A stretch of DNA of 64,000 nucleotides from Scyliorhinus canicula (taxonomy: Eukaryota). Below the pieces are notes generated by a model. That model was not told the DNA's origin. It did not search any database and saw only the letters and a program-made list of their open reading frames with translations. The stretch lies in the NCBI RefSeq assembly GCF_902713615.1, contig NC_052160.1, positions 41,729,440-41,793,439 on the forward strand, written 5' to 3'. The position numbers were made by a program, and so were the translations under genes. This document shows positions 13,040 to 24,816 of the stretch, piece after piece (within the stretch, counting starts at the first letter, position 1; every line of letters begins with the position of its first letter).

Positions 13040-15753
13040 TTAGTCTGTATGAATTACCATCTGTATGAATTGTTCTTTTCGATCTGCGGAGCACCAGGGT
13101 TGCAGCCTCTTGCGGTGGCTGGGTGGGTGTTGAGAGCTGGGGTACGATGGCAGACCCCGGGGCGGGTCTCGTCCGAACTTTATACACCTCTGGCTCGACC
13201 GGAGACTGGGGGCGCTGGGGCGGGCTGGTTCTGGCGCGTGCAACCGGTGGGGTGAGCTTGCAGAATCGGGGGCGTGAGGGGGCGGCATCATAGGGAACGG
13301 GGTAAGGGGTTCCTCAGTGGGGGTGGGGGGGGCTGGATCCAGCGGGAGCCGGGTCCCGAAGGGATACTGTGTCCTGGCGACCGTCCGGAACTCCACGAAC
13401 GCGTACTGGGGGTTGGAATGGAGGAGGCTCACCTTTTCAACAAGGGGGTCAGTTTTGTGCCCCCTGACATGCTTCCTCAGGAGGACCGGGCCTGGTGTCC
13501 TCAACCACGCCGGAAGTGAGACTCCCGTGGTAGTGCCCCTAGAAAAAATGAAGAGTCACTCGTGAGGGGTTTGATTTGTAGCTGTACAGAGGAGGGATCT
13601 GATTGCGTGGAACGCGTCTGGGAGGACTTCTTGCCATTGGGAAACTTGGAGTTTTCTAGACCGGAGGGTCAGTAGGACGGTCTTCCAGAACGTCGCGTTC
13701 TCCCTCTCCACCTGTCCGTTCCCCATGGGGTTGTAGCTGGTAGTCCTGCTCGAGGCGATGCCCTTGTCGAGCAGGTACTGACGCAGCTCGTCGCTCATAA
13801 AGGACGAACCCCGGTCGCTGTGCACGTAGCTGGGGAAACCCAACAGGGTGAAGACACTATGCAGGGCCCTAATGACTGTGTGGGAGGTCATGTCGGGGCA
13901 CGGAATAGCAACAGGGAATCGGGAAAACTCGTCGATGATGTTGAGGAAATAAATGTTCTTGTTAGTGGAGGGGAGTGGCCCTTTGAAATCGATCGCAAGG
14001 CGTTCAAAGGGCCTAGAAGCCTTGACCAGGTGGGCCCTGTCTGGTCTATAGAAGTGCGGTTTGCACTCCGCACAGATCGGGCAGTCCCTGGTGATGGCAT
14101 TTACCTCCTCGTTGGAGAAAGGCAGGTTTCGGGCTCTGATGTAGTGGGCTCGTTGAGCTTCCCCGGTAGATATTTAATATCATAACTATAGGTGGAGAGT
14201 TCGATCCCCCACCGAAGGATTTTATCATTTTTTATTTTGCCGCTTTGCGAGTTGTCAAACATAAAGGCAACCGATTGATGGTCGGTGATGAGGGTGAACC
14301 TCCTACCTGCGAGGTAGTGCCTCCTGTGACAAACAGCCTCCACGATGGCTTGTGCTTCCTTCTCGACTGAGGAGTGTCGGAGTTCCGAAGCGGATAGGGT
14401 ACGGGAGAAAAATGCAACGGGCCTCCCTGCCTGATTTAAAGTTGCTGCTAGAGCTACCTCTGAGGCGTCGCTCTCAACCTGAAAGGGAGTGGATTCATCC
14501 ACCGCCTGTATGGCCGCTTTGGCGATGTCCTCCTTGATGCAGCTGAAGGCCTGGCGCGCCTCAGCTGACAGGGGAAATCGTGTGGCCTTAAAGAGTGGAC
14601 GGGCTTTGTCCGCATATTGAGGGACCCACTGGGCGTAGTATGAAAAGAACCCCAAGCACCGTTTGAGGGCCTTGGGGCAATGAGGGAGGGGGAGTTCTAA
14701 GAGGGGGCGCATGCGGTCCGGGTCTGGGCCCAGCACTCCGTTCTCCACGACGTAGCCGAGGATGGCCAGTCTGTTTGTGCGGAAAATGCATTTCTCCTTG
14801 TTCTAAGTGAGATTTTATTTCTGTGCCGTTTGGAGAAAACGGTGGAGGTTGGCGTCGTGGTCCTGCTGGTCATAGCCGCAGATGGTAACATTGTCCAGAT
14901 ACGGAAACGTGGCCCGCAGCCCGTACTGGTCTACCATTCGGTCCATTGCTCGTTGGAACACCGAAACCCCGTTGGTGACGCCGAAGGGAACCCGGGGGAA
15001 ATGGAAGAGGCGGCCATCGGCCTCGAACGCCGTGTAGTGGCGGTCCTCCGGGCGGATTGGGAGCTGGTGGTATGCAGACTTCAGATCCACCGTGGAAAAT
15101 AGCCGATATTGGGCGATTCGATTAACCATGTCTGCAATTCTGGGGAGGGGATACGCGTCTAGGAGCGTAAAGTGATTTATGGTCTGGCTATAGTCGACGA
15201 CCATGCAAAATTTTTCCCCGGTCTTGACGACCACCACCTGAGCTCTCCAGGGACTATTACTGGCCTCTATGATCCCCTCACTGAGCAGCCGTTGGACCTC
15301 CGATCGGATAAAAACCCTATCATGTAGGCTGTATCGCCTGCTATGAGTAGCTACTGGCTTGCAATCTGGAGTGAGATTGGCGAAGAGAGGAGGGGGGGAA
15401 ATGCGCAGCGTGGCTAGGCTGCAGATAGTGAGTAGGGGCAGGGGCCCGCCGAAGCTGAGGGTGAGGCTCTTGAGGTTGCACTGGAAATCCAGGCCTAATA
15501 AGAGTGGCGTGCAGAGGTCGGGCAGGACATAAAGTTTAAATTTCGAATAACTAGCGCCTCGAATTGTGAGCGTAGCGACGGTGCGTCCTTGGTTTTGGAC
15601 TGCGTGGGAGCCCGAAGCGAGGGCGATAGTTTGGCTTACCGGAAAAATAGAAAGCGAACAGCGTCCTACCAGCTCTGGATGTACAAAGCTCTCAGTGCTC
15701 CCGGAGTCAAAGAGGCATGGTGTGCTGTACCCGTTGATCTGGACCTCCGCCAT
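13040..15753 (-). pseudogene. Gypsy pol (protease, RT, RNase H, integrase), broken
   Basis: LFDSGS protease, DLKSAYHQ / PFGVTN / YLDN RT, ESDAS..EKEA..TDH RNase H, HSDRG..NGQVERE integrase; in-frame stops, frameshifts and a deletion near 14150. Confidence 0.92.
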
Positions 15754-16099
15754 CGAACTTCGTAGGTGCTTGGGGCGGGATTGATCCAGGGTGACCGCGT
15801 TGAGTTGCGGGCCACGTGGTGAGTGCCCGGGGAAGCCTTATTCTTCAGATGAGCTTTCTGAGCATGCTGATGCAGATGGGGCCCATGGATCGCACGTGGT
15901 GAGCGGCGAGGAAGATGGCGGCCCCCATGAGTCGCATGTGGCTGGCCGCATGGTGGGGGTTTGCCAAGATCACGGCCCCCATGGATCGCACGTGGCGGGA
16001 GGTGGCGGAGTCGGGCGTAGGCCGCCGCGTTTCGGGCCCCGCGGGCCTGCTGGTGTTGGGAGCGATTTGTTCTCTCTGCAGGGGAGTTAAAAACTGGAG

Positions 16100-16904
16100 C
16101 CCTTTTCGCGAGGCACACTCTGGCATAGTGGCCTTTCTTCCCGCAGCTGCTGCAGGTCGTGGATCGGGCTGGGCAGTGCTACCACGGGTGCTGGCTTTGG
16201 CCACAGAAATGGCAGGCTGGGGCAGCTGAGTAGCTGGCTGGGGCAGCTGAGTAGCTGGCTGGGGCAGCAGAGTAACTGGCTTTGGCAGCGTGGTAGCTGG
16301 GGGGCCATGCGGCACAGGCCTGCGGGGGCTGTTGGTCGGGGGTCCACGATGAGGTCGCGGAGTCCGCGGGAAACGAGGTGAGGCTGCAGAAGGAAACTTC
16401 CATAGTGGTAGCAGCCTCCACAGTAGTGTCTAAGTCCTGGGCCCCCTTTTCTAGCAGTCTTTGGCGCACATAGTTAGACCTAAGGCCCGCTACGAAAACA
16501 TCCCGCACAGCAAGCTCCCTATGTTCAGCCGCGGTAACGGCTTGATAGTTACAGTCATTGGAAAGATTGTTCAATTCCCTCACAAACTCAGCAAGCATTT
16601 CTGTAGGCCGCTGATGGCGAGTCGTAAACACGTGGCGTGCATAAACCTCGTTAATGGGCCTAACGTACATTTTGTCCAATATTGCCAGCGCTGCGGTGTA
16701 AGAACCGGCCGGATTTAGCTGTGTGGAAATTCTGTGGCTTACCCTCACGTGCAGTAGGCTGAGTTTTTGTTCCTCCGTTGTTCCGGCGGTGCTGGCTTCT
16801 GCCAGGTAGGCTTTAAAACATCTCAGCCAGTGGGAAAAAATGTCCTTAGCCTCTGCATCCTGTGGGTCAAGTTCTAGGCGTCCGGGCTTGAGGGCTGCTT
16901 CCAT
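16100..16904 (-). pseudogene. Gypsy gag with zinc-knuckle motifs
   Basis: 241-aa ORF MEAALKPGRLELDP.. ending CHFCGQSQHPW at a premature stop, then CSSCGKKGHYARVC; 21-bp APASYSA repeat x3. Confidence 0.88.
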
Positions 16905-17346
16905 GTTTTCTAAGTATATTAAATTGTTGGAACCAATAATTCTACGGACACGTGCTTGTAGGATTAGAATAGCGGTTTTAATATACTTACAACAGAGCCT
17001 GTTAGCCGTTGAACTTTCGGTGAACTGGCCGGCTGACCCTGCGGCACTGATCTTTATACAGCAGCTCCCGGTGGAGGAGTCCTGGGCGGAGCCAAGGAAG
17101 AAGCCCAGTACAACTCTCGAGCATTCCCAAAGCTACTCCCCCTGGTGGCCAGGTAGTGCAACTGCACTTACAATATGGACACATGTATATACAGATTATA
17201 ATCCGGTGTGAATCACATTCAGCACTACGGCCAACCATTGGAACTTTGGTGGCAGAGAACCGTCTGGAAACAATAATTCAGGACAAAGTTAATTGTCACA
17301 TGGACAAAGATGGGCTAATTAAGGAAAGCCAGCATGGATTTCTTAA

Positions 17347-17682
17347 TCATAGAATCACAGAATACCTACAGTGCATCAGGAGGTCATTCAGCCAATCAAG
17401 CCTGCAGCATCCCTCTGAAAGACCACGTCACCCAAGACCACTCCCCGCCCCATCCCAATAACCCCTTAACCTAACCTACACATCTTTGGACACTAAGGGG
17501 CAATTTAGCACGGCCAATGCACCTAACGTGCACATCTTTGGACTGTGGGAGAAAACCGGAGCACCCAGAGGAATCCCACGCAGACACAAAGAAAAAGTGC
17601 AAACTCCACACAGTTCCCAAAGCTGAAATTTAACCTGGGTCCCTGGCGCTGTGAGGCAGCCGTACTAACCACTGTGCCATTG
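17347..17682 (-). mobile_element. tRNA-derived SINE with CR1-like tail
   Basis: Head at 17630-17682; TCATAGAATCACAGAAT repeats at the left end. Confidence 0.85.
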
Positions 17683-17694
17683 TACTGCGGGAAG

Positions 17695-20600
17695 CAGTGG
17701 CGGACTGGCCAGGGTGTCAGCTTGCCCGATGGCAAGTGGGCCCCTGATGAAGTGGGCCCCCTATATCAAATAAAAATGCAATAAAGAAACAAACACAGAC
17801 AACTATTTTAGTAATAAAAAGGAATAAGAAAGAAAAAGAGAACAGGACACAAATAAGCAGTGCATGAAAAGGAACGAAGCAGGGGAGGTAGTGGAAGGAT
17901 GTGGAATAGGGGGGCCCGGGTCGGGCATAATTAAGGAAATTCCATGTTTTCAGCAAGAGTGTGTGAATTTAAAGATAAAGTTACAATTCGTGATTTGAGA
18001 TGGTCGGCAACTTCAAAGGATAACAAGCAGTAGTCTTGGTTCAGCCGGTACATCGGTCCGGGGCCCAGAGAGCCAAGAAGGGGCCTGTGAATCCCTGAAG
18101 GGCCCTTAAAAATTATAATTAATTAGATAAATAAATCTCCAACTTCTTTCCTGAGATTTGTATTCTAACTTAATAAAATATAATTGTTTTTAAAAAGAGC
18201 AATACCAAATAAAAATGCAATAAAGAAACAAACAAATAATCACTCAGTGTATGAAGGAACGAAGCAGTGTTAAACGGATGTGGAAAGGAGTGGGGGGGGG
18301 GGGGGGGGGGGGGGGGGGGAGCTGGTTCACCCGGGTCGGACATAGTTGGAAATCCACGTTTTCAGCAAGACTGTGTGAATTTAAAGATAAAGTTACAGTT
18401 CGTGATTTGAGATGGTCGGCAACTTGAAAGGATATCAAGCAGTACATAGGGTCGTGAGGTCACCGAAAAGGAGAAGCGGTACCTTTGACCGTGAATCATG
18501 AGGTCAAAGATATTGAAGTGATATTCCTTCAAGCATAAATGACTTGGTTTCTGAAGCAGATCCTGTAAATGAACCTTTTTGAGGTCACAGAAATGAATCG
18601 GCCTACACTCTAGATAATGAGGTTCTGAATCATGGCAATTTTTTAGCTACAGTGCAGTTGATGGCAAAATATGACCCCATTATGGCAGCTCACTTTTCTG
18701 CAGTGCAAAACAAGTCTAAACAAAGAATCAAACGATTAGAGCAACAAGGAAAGGCTCAAAGTAAAGGCCGTGGTGGACTTGTTACATACCTGAGTAAAAC
18801 AACTATAAACATGTTAATCAAAATTATGAAGAATATGATACAAGAAAGAATTAGTCATGAAGTTTCTCAAGCAAAATATTATTCTATTCAGGTTGATTCA
18901 ACACAAGATAATTCATCCATCGATCAGTTTAGCATTATTATTCGGTACGTGCTTAAAGGTATTATCTGTGAGCGACTAATTTCAGTTGTGCCAAGTAATC
19001 ATGGTACAGGACAGGGACTTTTTGATCTATTGATTGAAACATTACAGCATCTTAAAATTGACCCCAAAAATGTTTATCTGATAGCACAGATGGCGCTGCA
19101 AGCTACCATGGCCAGTATAATGGTTTACAAAGTAAAATTGCTGATGTGGATGATCAACATGTTCATATATGGTGCTATGCCCATGTCTTGAATTTGGTGA
19201 TAACTGAAACAACAAAATGTTGTGTGCCTGCAGTTTCTTTTTTCAATTTGCTCCAGAATATAGCAACTTTTGTGAAAGCATCATACAAGAGAATGGCTGT
19301 ATGGATAGAAGTTGTTGGAAAACATCTAGGACAAGAAAAAATGAAACGATTAAAGCTAATTGGTGAGACCAGATGGTCAGGAAAATCCAATGCAGCAACA
19401 ACTATATTTGGACATTTTGATGATACCGCTGCCAATACTTTCGTAAATCTATTGACATGCATATCAATGATACAAGATTCAGAAAAGTTTGATGCAAAAA
19501 CAAAACATGAAGCAAATGTTTTACTTCAAAGTCTTCTAAAGTTTGAAACCATATTGACAGCATTTACTTACTTGTATATATTTGAAACTACAACCCCGTT
19601 ATCAAGTTATCTACAGACAAGTGGTTTAGATATGTTTACTGCATGGAGTTTGGTAGATTCAGCTACAACAAAGTTGAAGGAACAGACAAGAACATTTGAT
19701 AACGTTCACAGCAAGGCTTTGGAATTTGTAAATAAATGTAATGACAGGATTTCACAGATGAATATGGATGAAAATCAAACATTGGAAATTGATGCATTGG
19801 AAACAGCATTGCCAGTTAAGAGGCAGAGGAAGAAGAAAAGAATGGCAGATGAGCTTATTGATGATGAAAGAACTTCCTCAGATTCTCTAGCTGATTTTTG
19901 AGTAAATGTGTTTAACCTAATAATGGATCGCATTGTCCAGTCACTAGAATCACGCTTTGTACAACACAAACAGTTGTATAAAGATGTGTCCTGCTTGGAC
20001 CCAGCAAAGTTTAAAACTATTGCAGAGAAGGGCCTTGAAGATGAAGCATTGGAAGGTATTATTAAGCTTTTTCCACAAATCAGCAAAGATCAAGTAATAT
20101 TGGAATTGTTTTCTTTTGCTTCAAACTTTGATGTATTAAAGCTATTGCTTAACAATGGTGAGAATATGGATTACAGTTGCAACAATTGCAAAATTTGCAG
20201 CACTTGCCCATCGTGTGTACTAAAAATTCTGGCATCCAACAGACTTCATGACAAGGCATATGATAACCTTTATGAACTTTATAAAGTCATCTGCACACTA
20301 TCAGTTACTCAAGTCCAATGTGAGAGGACATTTTCAAAGCTAAAGATCATAAAGACAAGGTTAAGAAATTCGCTGTCTGAGGAGAATTTGGAATCATACA
20401 TGTTGCTATCCATTGAAAAGGAATTGTTAGATGAATTGGATGCAGAAGCAATTATTGGCAGATTCACACAATCATCTAGCGAACACAAACGATTGTTCTT
20501 AATATAGTGGACTGCATGCAATGCTCTATTGTGCTTTTGAACTATCTGTTAATGTGTAAATTGTGCAGTAAACTATTTAAAAATATCAACCAATTACTTA

Positions 20601-20866
20601 AAATAAAAATAAAATAAAAAATTCAATTATAACATTCTGTATTTACATTTGGTATCTACTGCCAGTAATATGTACAGTACATGTACACTGTAATTACTAC
20701 GAAATACACATTTTTTCCACAAAAATTTTAATTGTACCCTTTTTTCCATATGTATTTTTTGAAAATTTTATTTATTCGTTATGAAAATTAAATGATAGCA
20801 TTGAAGTTGTGGGTGGGCCCCCTTTGTCTCCTGGCAACCAATATTTTTAGACCCAGTCCGCCACTG
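17695..20866 (+). mobile_element. hAT DNA transposon (Tip100/ZMYM1-like transposase)
   Basis: Perfect 14-bp TIR CAGTGGCGGACTGG / CCAGTCCGCCACTG and exact 8-bp TSD GCGGGAAG (17687-17694 / 20867-20874). Confidence 0.95.
18620..20507 (+). pseudogene. hAT transposase, one frameshift (about 19070) and one stop (19899); N-terminus apparently missing
   Basis: GNFL, IQVDSTQD, TDGA, CYAH, ETRW and CERTFSKLKIIKTRLRNSL motifs (DDE core plus C-terminal dimerisation domain). Confidence 0.9.
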
Positions 20867-21009
20867 GCGGGAAGGGAAAATAATATTTGACTAAATTGGT
20901 GGAGTTTTGTGAAGAGGTAACAGAGAGGGTTAATGAGGCCAATGCTTTTGATGTGGTGTCAAAATCTTGCCATTCTTTGCCGATGATCTTGTGGCATAAG
21001 GGGCAGAAG

Positions 21010-23110
21010 CCAGCTGCACAGGGGCACCAGACAAGGATGCCCACTGTCCCCGCTGCTGTTCGCACTAGCAATTGAACCGCTAGCAATCGCGCTCAGGGCA
21101 GCAAAAAATTGGAGGGGGATCCGAAGGGGAGGTAGAGAGCACAGAGTCTCACTGTATGCAGATGATCTGCTCCTCTATATCTCGGACCCACAAAGCAGCA
21201 TGGACGGAATCATCGCGCTCCTGAAAGAGTTTGGAGCCTTCTCGGGCTACAAACTCAACATGAGCAAAAGTGAGATCTTCCCAGTACACCCGCAAGGGGG
21301 GGGGGCGCAGCACTAAAGGGGCTGCCGTTCAATCAAGCCCGACATAAATTCCGCTACCTGGGGATCCAAATAGCCCATGACTGGAAAGGGATCCACAAAT
21401 GGAACCTCACCAGCCTGACGGAGGAAGTTAAAAGGACCTGCAAAGATGGAACACACTCCCGCTCTCCCTCGCGGGGAGAGTTCAGACGATCAAAATGAAC
21501 GTACTGCCCAGGTTCCTCTTCCTGTTTAGATCCATTCCGATCTACATCCCCAAGGCCTTTTTCAAAGCGCTGGACAAACTCATCATGGCGTTCGTATGGG
21601 GGGGTAAAAATGCTAGGATCCCAAAGAAGGTCTTACAAAAAACAAAAACCAGGGGAGGGCTAGCCCTCCCGAATCTACAATTCTACCACTGGGCAGCAAC
21701 AGCCGAGCGAGTAAGGGGATGGATCCAGGAGCCAGAAGCTGAGTGGGTGCGTGCGGAGGAGGCCTCCTGCATTTGAACCTCCCTCCGGGCCCTCGCCACG
21801 GCAGCACTCCCATCCCCACCCAAAAAACACTCCAGCAGCCCAGTGGTGACAGCCACCCTCCAATCCTGGAACCAACTGCGGCAGCAACTTGGCCTGACCA
21901 AAATGTCGAACAGGGCTCCCATCTGCAACAACCATAGGTTCACACCAGCACTGACTGACGCCACCTTCAAAAGGTGGAGGCAGGACGGGGGGACACTGAC
22001 AGTCAGGGACCTATACACGGACGACAGGATCGCAACACTGGACGAACTGACAGAGAAATTTCAGCTAGCTGGGGGGAACGAGCTACGGTACCTGCAGCTC
22101 AAAAACTTCCTACGAAAGGAGACAAGGACGTACCCACAACCGCCACGACAGACACTACTGGAAGACCTACTGGACGCAAGTATCCTAGAGAAAGGGAACT
22201 GTAGTGACATGTATGACCGACTGGTAGATAGGGACGACACCGTACTGGACGCAACAAGAAGGAAATGGGAAGACGACCTGGGGATGGAGATAGGGTGGGG
22301 ACTCTGGAGCGAAGCACTGCATAGGGTCAACTCCACCTCCACGTGCGCAAGGCTCAGCCTGACGCAACTAAAAGTGGTACATAGAGCCCACTTAACAAGA
22401 ACCCGTATGAGTAGGTTCTTCCCAGAGGTGGAAGACAGATGTGAACGGTGCCAAAGAGGCCCGGCCAACCACGCCCACATGTTCTGGTCTTGCCCCAGAC
22501 TCGTGGAGTACTGGACAGCCTTCTTCGAGGTTATGTCCAAAGTGGTGGGAGTGAGGGTGGAGCCATGCCCGATAGTGGCGGTCTTCGGGGTTTCAGAACA
22601 GCCAGATCTATTTCTGGGGAGGAGGGCGGACGCCCTTGCCTTTGCCTCCCTGATCGCCCGCCGTAGAATCCTGTTTGTCTGGCGGTCAGCAGCACCGCCC
22701 AGAGCTGCGGACTGGCTGTCCGACCTCTCGGAATCTCTCCAAATGGAGAAAATCAAATTTGCCATCCGAGGGTCGGACGACGGCTTCCACAGAACGTGGG
22801 AGCCATTCATGCAACTGTTCCGGGACCTATTTGTGGCCAATGTACAAGAGGAAGAATAGTCGGGGAAAGGTAGCGGGAGGGGGGGGGCTACAGGTTCGGT
22901 ACGGGGGGTTCGATGGCTAGCTAAGGCCCAAAACCAAACTAAATAAACATGTTGGGGGGGGGGGGGGGGGGGGCGCAGTTACTACTACGAAGATGCTTAC
23001 CTGTAAATATGTATGTTAATTTTTGCGTGTTTGTTTTTTTTTCTCTCCTAACAATTTGTAATTTGTTCAATATAAAATATGAAAACTGAATAAAAACATT
23101 TATAAAAAAA
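21010..23110 (+). mobile_element. 5'-truncated L1-clade LINE
   Basis: GTRQGCPLSP and LYADD RT motifs, C-terminal CERC..HMFWSC, poly(A), 14-bp TSD ATAAGGGGCAGAAG (20996-21009 / 23111-23124). Confidence 0.93.
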
Positions 23111-23419
23111 ATAAGGGGCAGAAGAATCCAGCCCTTTATTTATAAGTGACATTTGAACTGTGTCGGGTGCTTAATTGGAATATATAGTGAGAGATGTAGA
23201 TAGTGAGGATTTTTTCCCTTTTATTTAATAACTTGAAACTATTAATTGGGGAGCTATTACTGTGTTGCTAATGTGATTGATTCTGTGTTTAAATTAAAGT
23301 TTGTTATAACATAAAAGGTACATATTGGTCGGTGTTATCATTCCTGTGGTTTAGTAGTCCTCCCTCGCAGTCTTACAAATTGCAAATTGTTGGGATTCTC
23401 ATATGGAAGTCCTAATACT

Positions 23420-24210
23420 TGACCACTTAAGTTGAGGCCAAACCAGTGTTTTATAAAGGTTCACCATCACTTCCTTGCTTTTGTACTCAATTACCCTCAT
23501 CTATCTTCTTATCCGCTTTGTCAACGTCCCTGTTTTCTTCATCGATTTGTGCACAGATGCCCCCAGGTCCCGAGAATTGTATCCTTTATTTTATTTTTAA
23601 AAATAAATTTAGAGTACCCAATTATTATTTTTTCAATTCAGGGACAATTTAGCATGGCCAATCCACCTACCCTGCACATCTTTGGGCTGTGGGGGCGAAA
23701 CCCGCAAACACGGTGAGAATGTGGTGTCCTTTATTTTATATTGCCTTTCCTCATTATTCCGAAAAAAATGTGTCACTTCACATTTCTCTGCATTAAATTT
23801 CACTTGCCACATGTTCACTCATTCCACATGCCTGTATATGTCCTATTGAAGTCTATCACTATCTTCTTCATGGTCCACAAAGTTACAAGTATCTGCAAAG
23901 TTTGAAATTCTGTCCTTTATGCCAAAGTCTCTAAGTCATTAATTATATTAAGAAAAGCAGTTGTCCTGGCACCAAATCCTGAGGTATGCCACTGTATAAT
24001 CTTCCTCCAGCTCAGAAAATAATCCTTTACCAGTAAATTCTGTTTCCTGTCATCCAACTACCTTTGTTATCTTGCTGCCATTATTCCTTTTATTCCATGG
24101 GCTTCAACTTTGCTGGAAAGCCTGTTATGTGGCACTTTATTAAACAGCTTTTGGAAGTCTACATACAACACATCAACTGCATTTTGCTCATCAACCCTCT
24201 CTGTTAACTC
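23420..24210 (-). mobile_element. Degraded CR1 RT fragment with a truncated SINE (23590-23720)
   Basis: WQVKFNAEKCEV and VDVVYVDFQK.F.KVPH remnants. Confidence 0.7.
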
Positions 24211-24216
24211 ATCATA

Positions 24217-24565
24217 AGGCAGCACGGTAGCATTGTGGATAGCGCAATTGCTTCACAGCTCCAGGGTCCCAGGTTCGATTCTGGTTTGGGTCACTGTCTG
24301 TGCGGAGTCTGCACATCCTCCCCGTGTGTGCGTGGGTTTCCTCCAGGTGTTCCGGTTTCCTCCCACAGTCCAAAGATGTGCAGGTTAGGTGGATTGGCCA
24401 TGATAAATTGCCCTTAGTGTCCAAAATTGCCCTTAGTGTTGTGTGGGGTTACTGGGTTATGGGGATGGGGTGGAGGTGTTGACCTTGGGTAGGGTGCTCT
24501 TTCCAAGAGCCGGTGCAGACTCGATGGGCCAAATGGCCTCCTTCTGCACTGTAAATTCTATGATA
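24217..24565 (+). mobile_element. tRNA-derived SINE with CR1-like tail
   Basis: GGTTCGATTC B box; ends ..GGCCTCCTTCTGCACTGTAAATTCTATG. Confidence 0.88.
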
Positions 24566-24621
24566 AGACTCAATCAAATGAGTTAGTTCTCAGCTCCTGA
24601 GAATGCCTATGGTCTATTCTT

Positions 24622-24816
24622 TGAAATGATGTGGAGATGCCGGCGTTGGACTGGGTGAGTACAGTAAGAAGTCTTACAACACCAGGTTAAAGTCCAACAG
24701 GTTTGATTCAAACACGAGCTTTCGGAGCGCATTCACCTGAGGAAGGAGCTGCGCTCCGAAAGCTCGTGTTTGAATCAAACCAGTTGGACTTTAACCTGGC
24801 GTTGTAAGACTTCTTC
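24622..24816. mobile_element. Fold-back non-autonomous element (Penelope-derived type)
   Basis: Near-perfect inverted repeat of about 63 bp (24668-24730 vs 24751-24814) around a 20-nt spacer. Confidence 0.75.
24731..24775 (+). ncRNA. Minimal type I hammerhead-ribozyme-like motif
   Basis: CAC-CUGAGGA-A-GGAGC/UGC/GCUCC-GAAA-GCUC-GUG: both conserved core boxes, a 5-bp stem II, a palindromic AGCU stem III and a CAC/GUG stem I. Confidence 0.6.

Larger units (their letters stand above)
12683..17226 (-). mobile_element. Full-length Ty3/Gypsy LTR retrotransposon (defective)
   Basis: LTRs 12683-12988 and 16925-17226, 5-bp TSD ACGGC (12678-12682 / 17227-17231), PPT CAGGGGGTGAA, gag-PR-RT-RH-IN order. 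Confidence 0.96.
10850..20960 (+). mobile_element. One CR1 LINE split by four younger insertions
   Basis: EN/RT pieces at 10850-11285, 12070-12682, 17227-17345 and 20867-20960 are colinear (..IKESQHGF | ..LTKLVEFCEEVTERV..). Confidence 0.75.

Noticed and set aside
18652-20507. Host ZMYM1-like or domesticated transposase gene
   Set aside because: Bounded by TIRs and an 8-bp TSD, and carries a frameshift and a stop, so it is a transposon copy.
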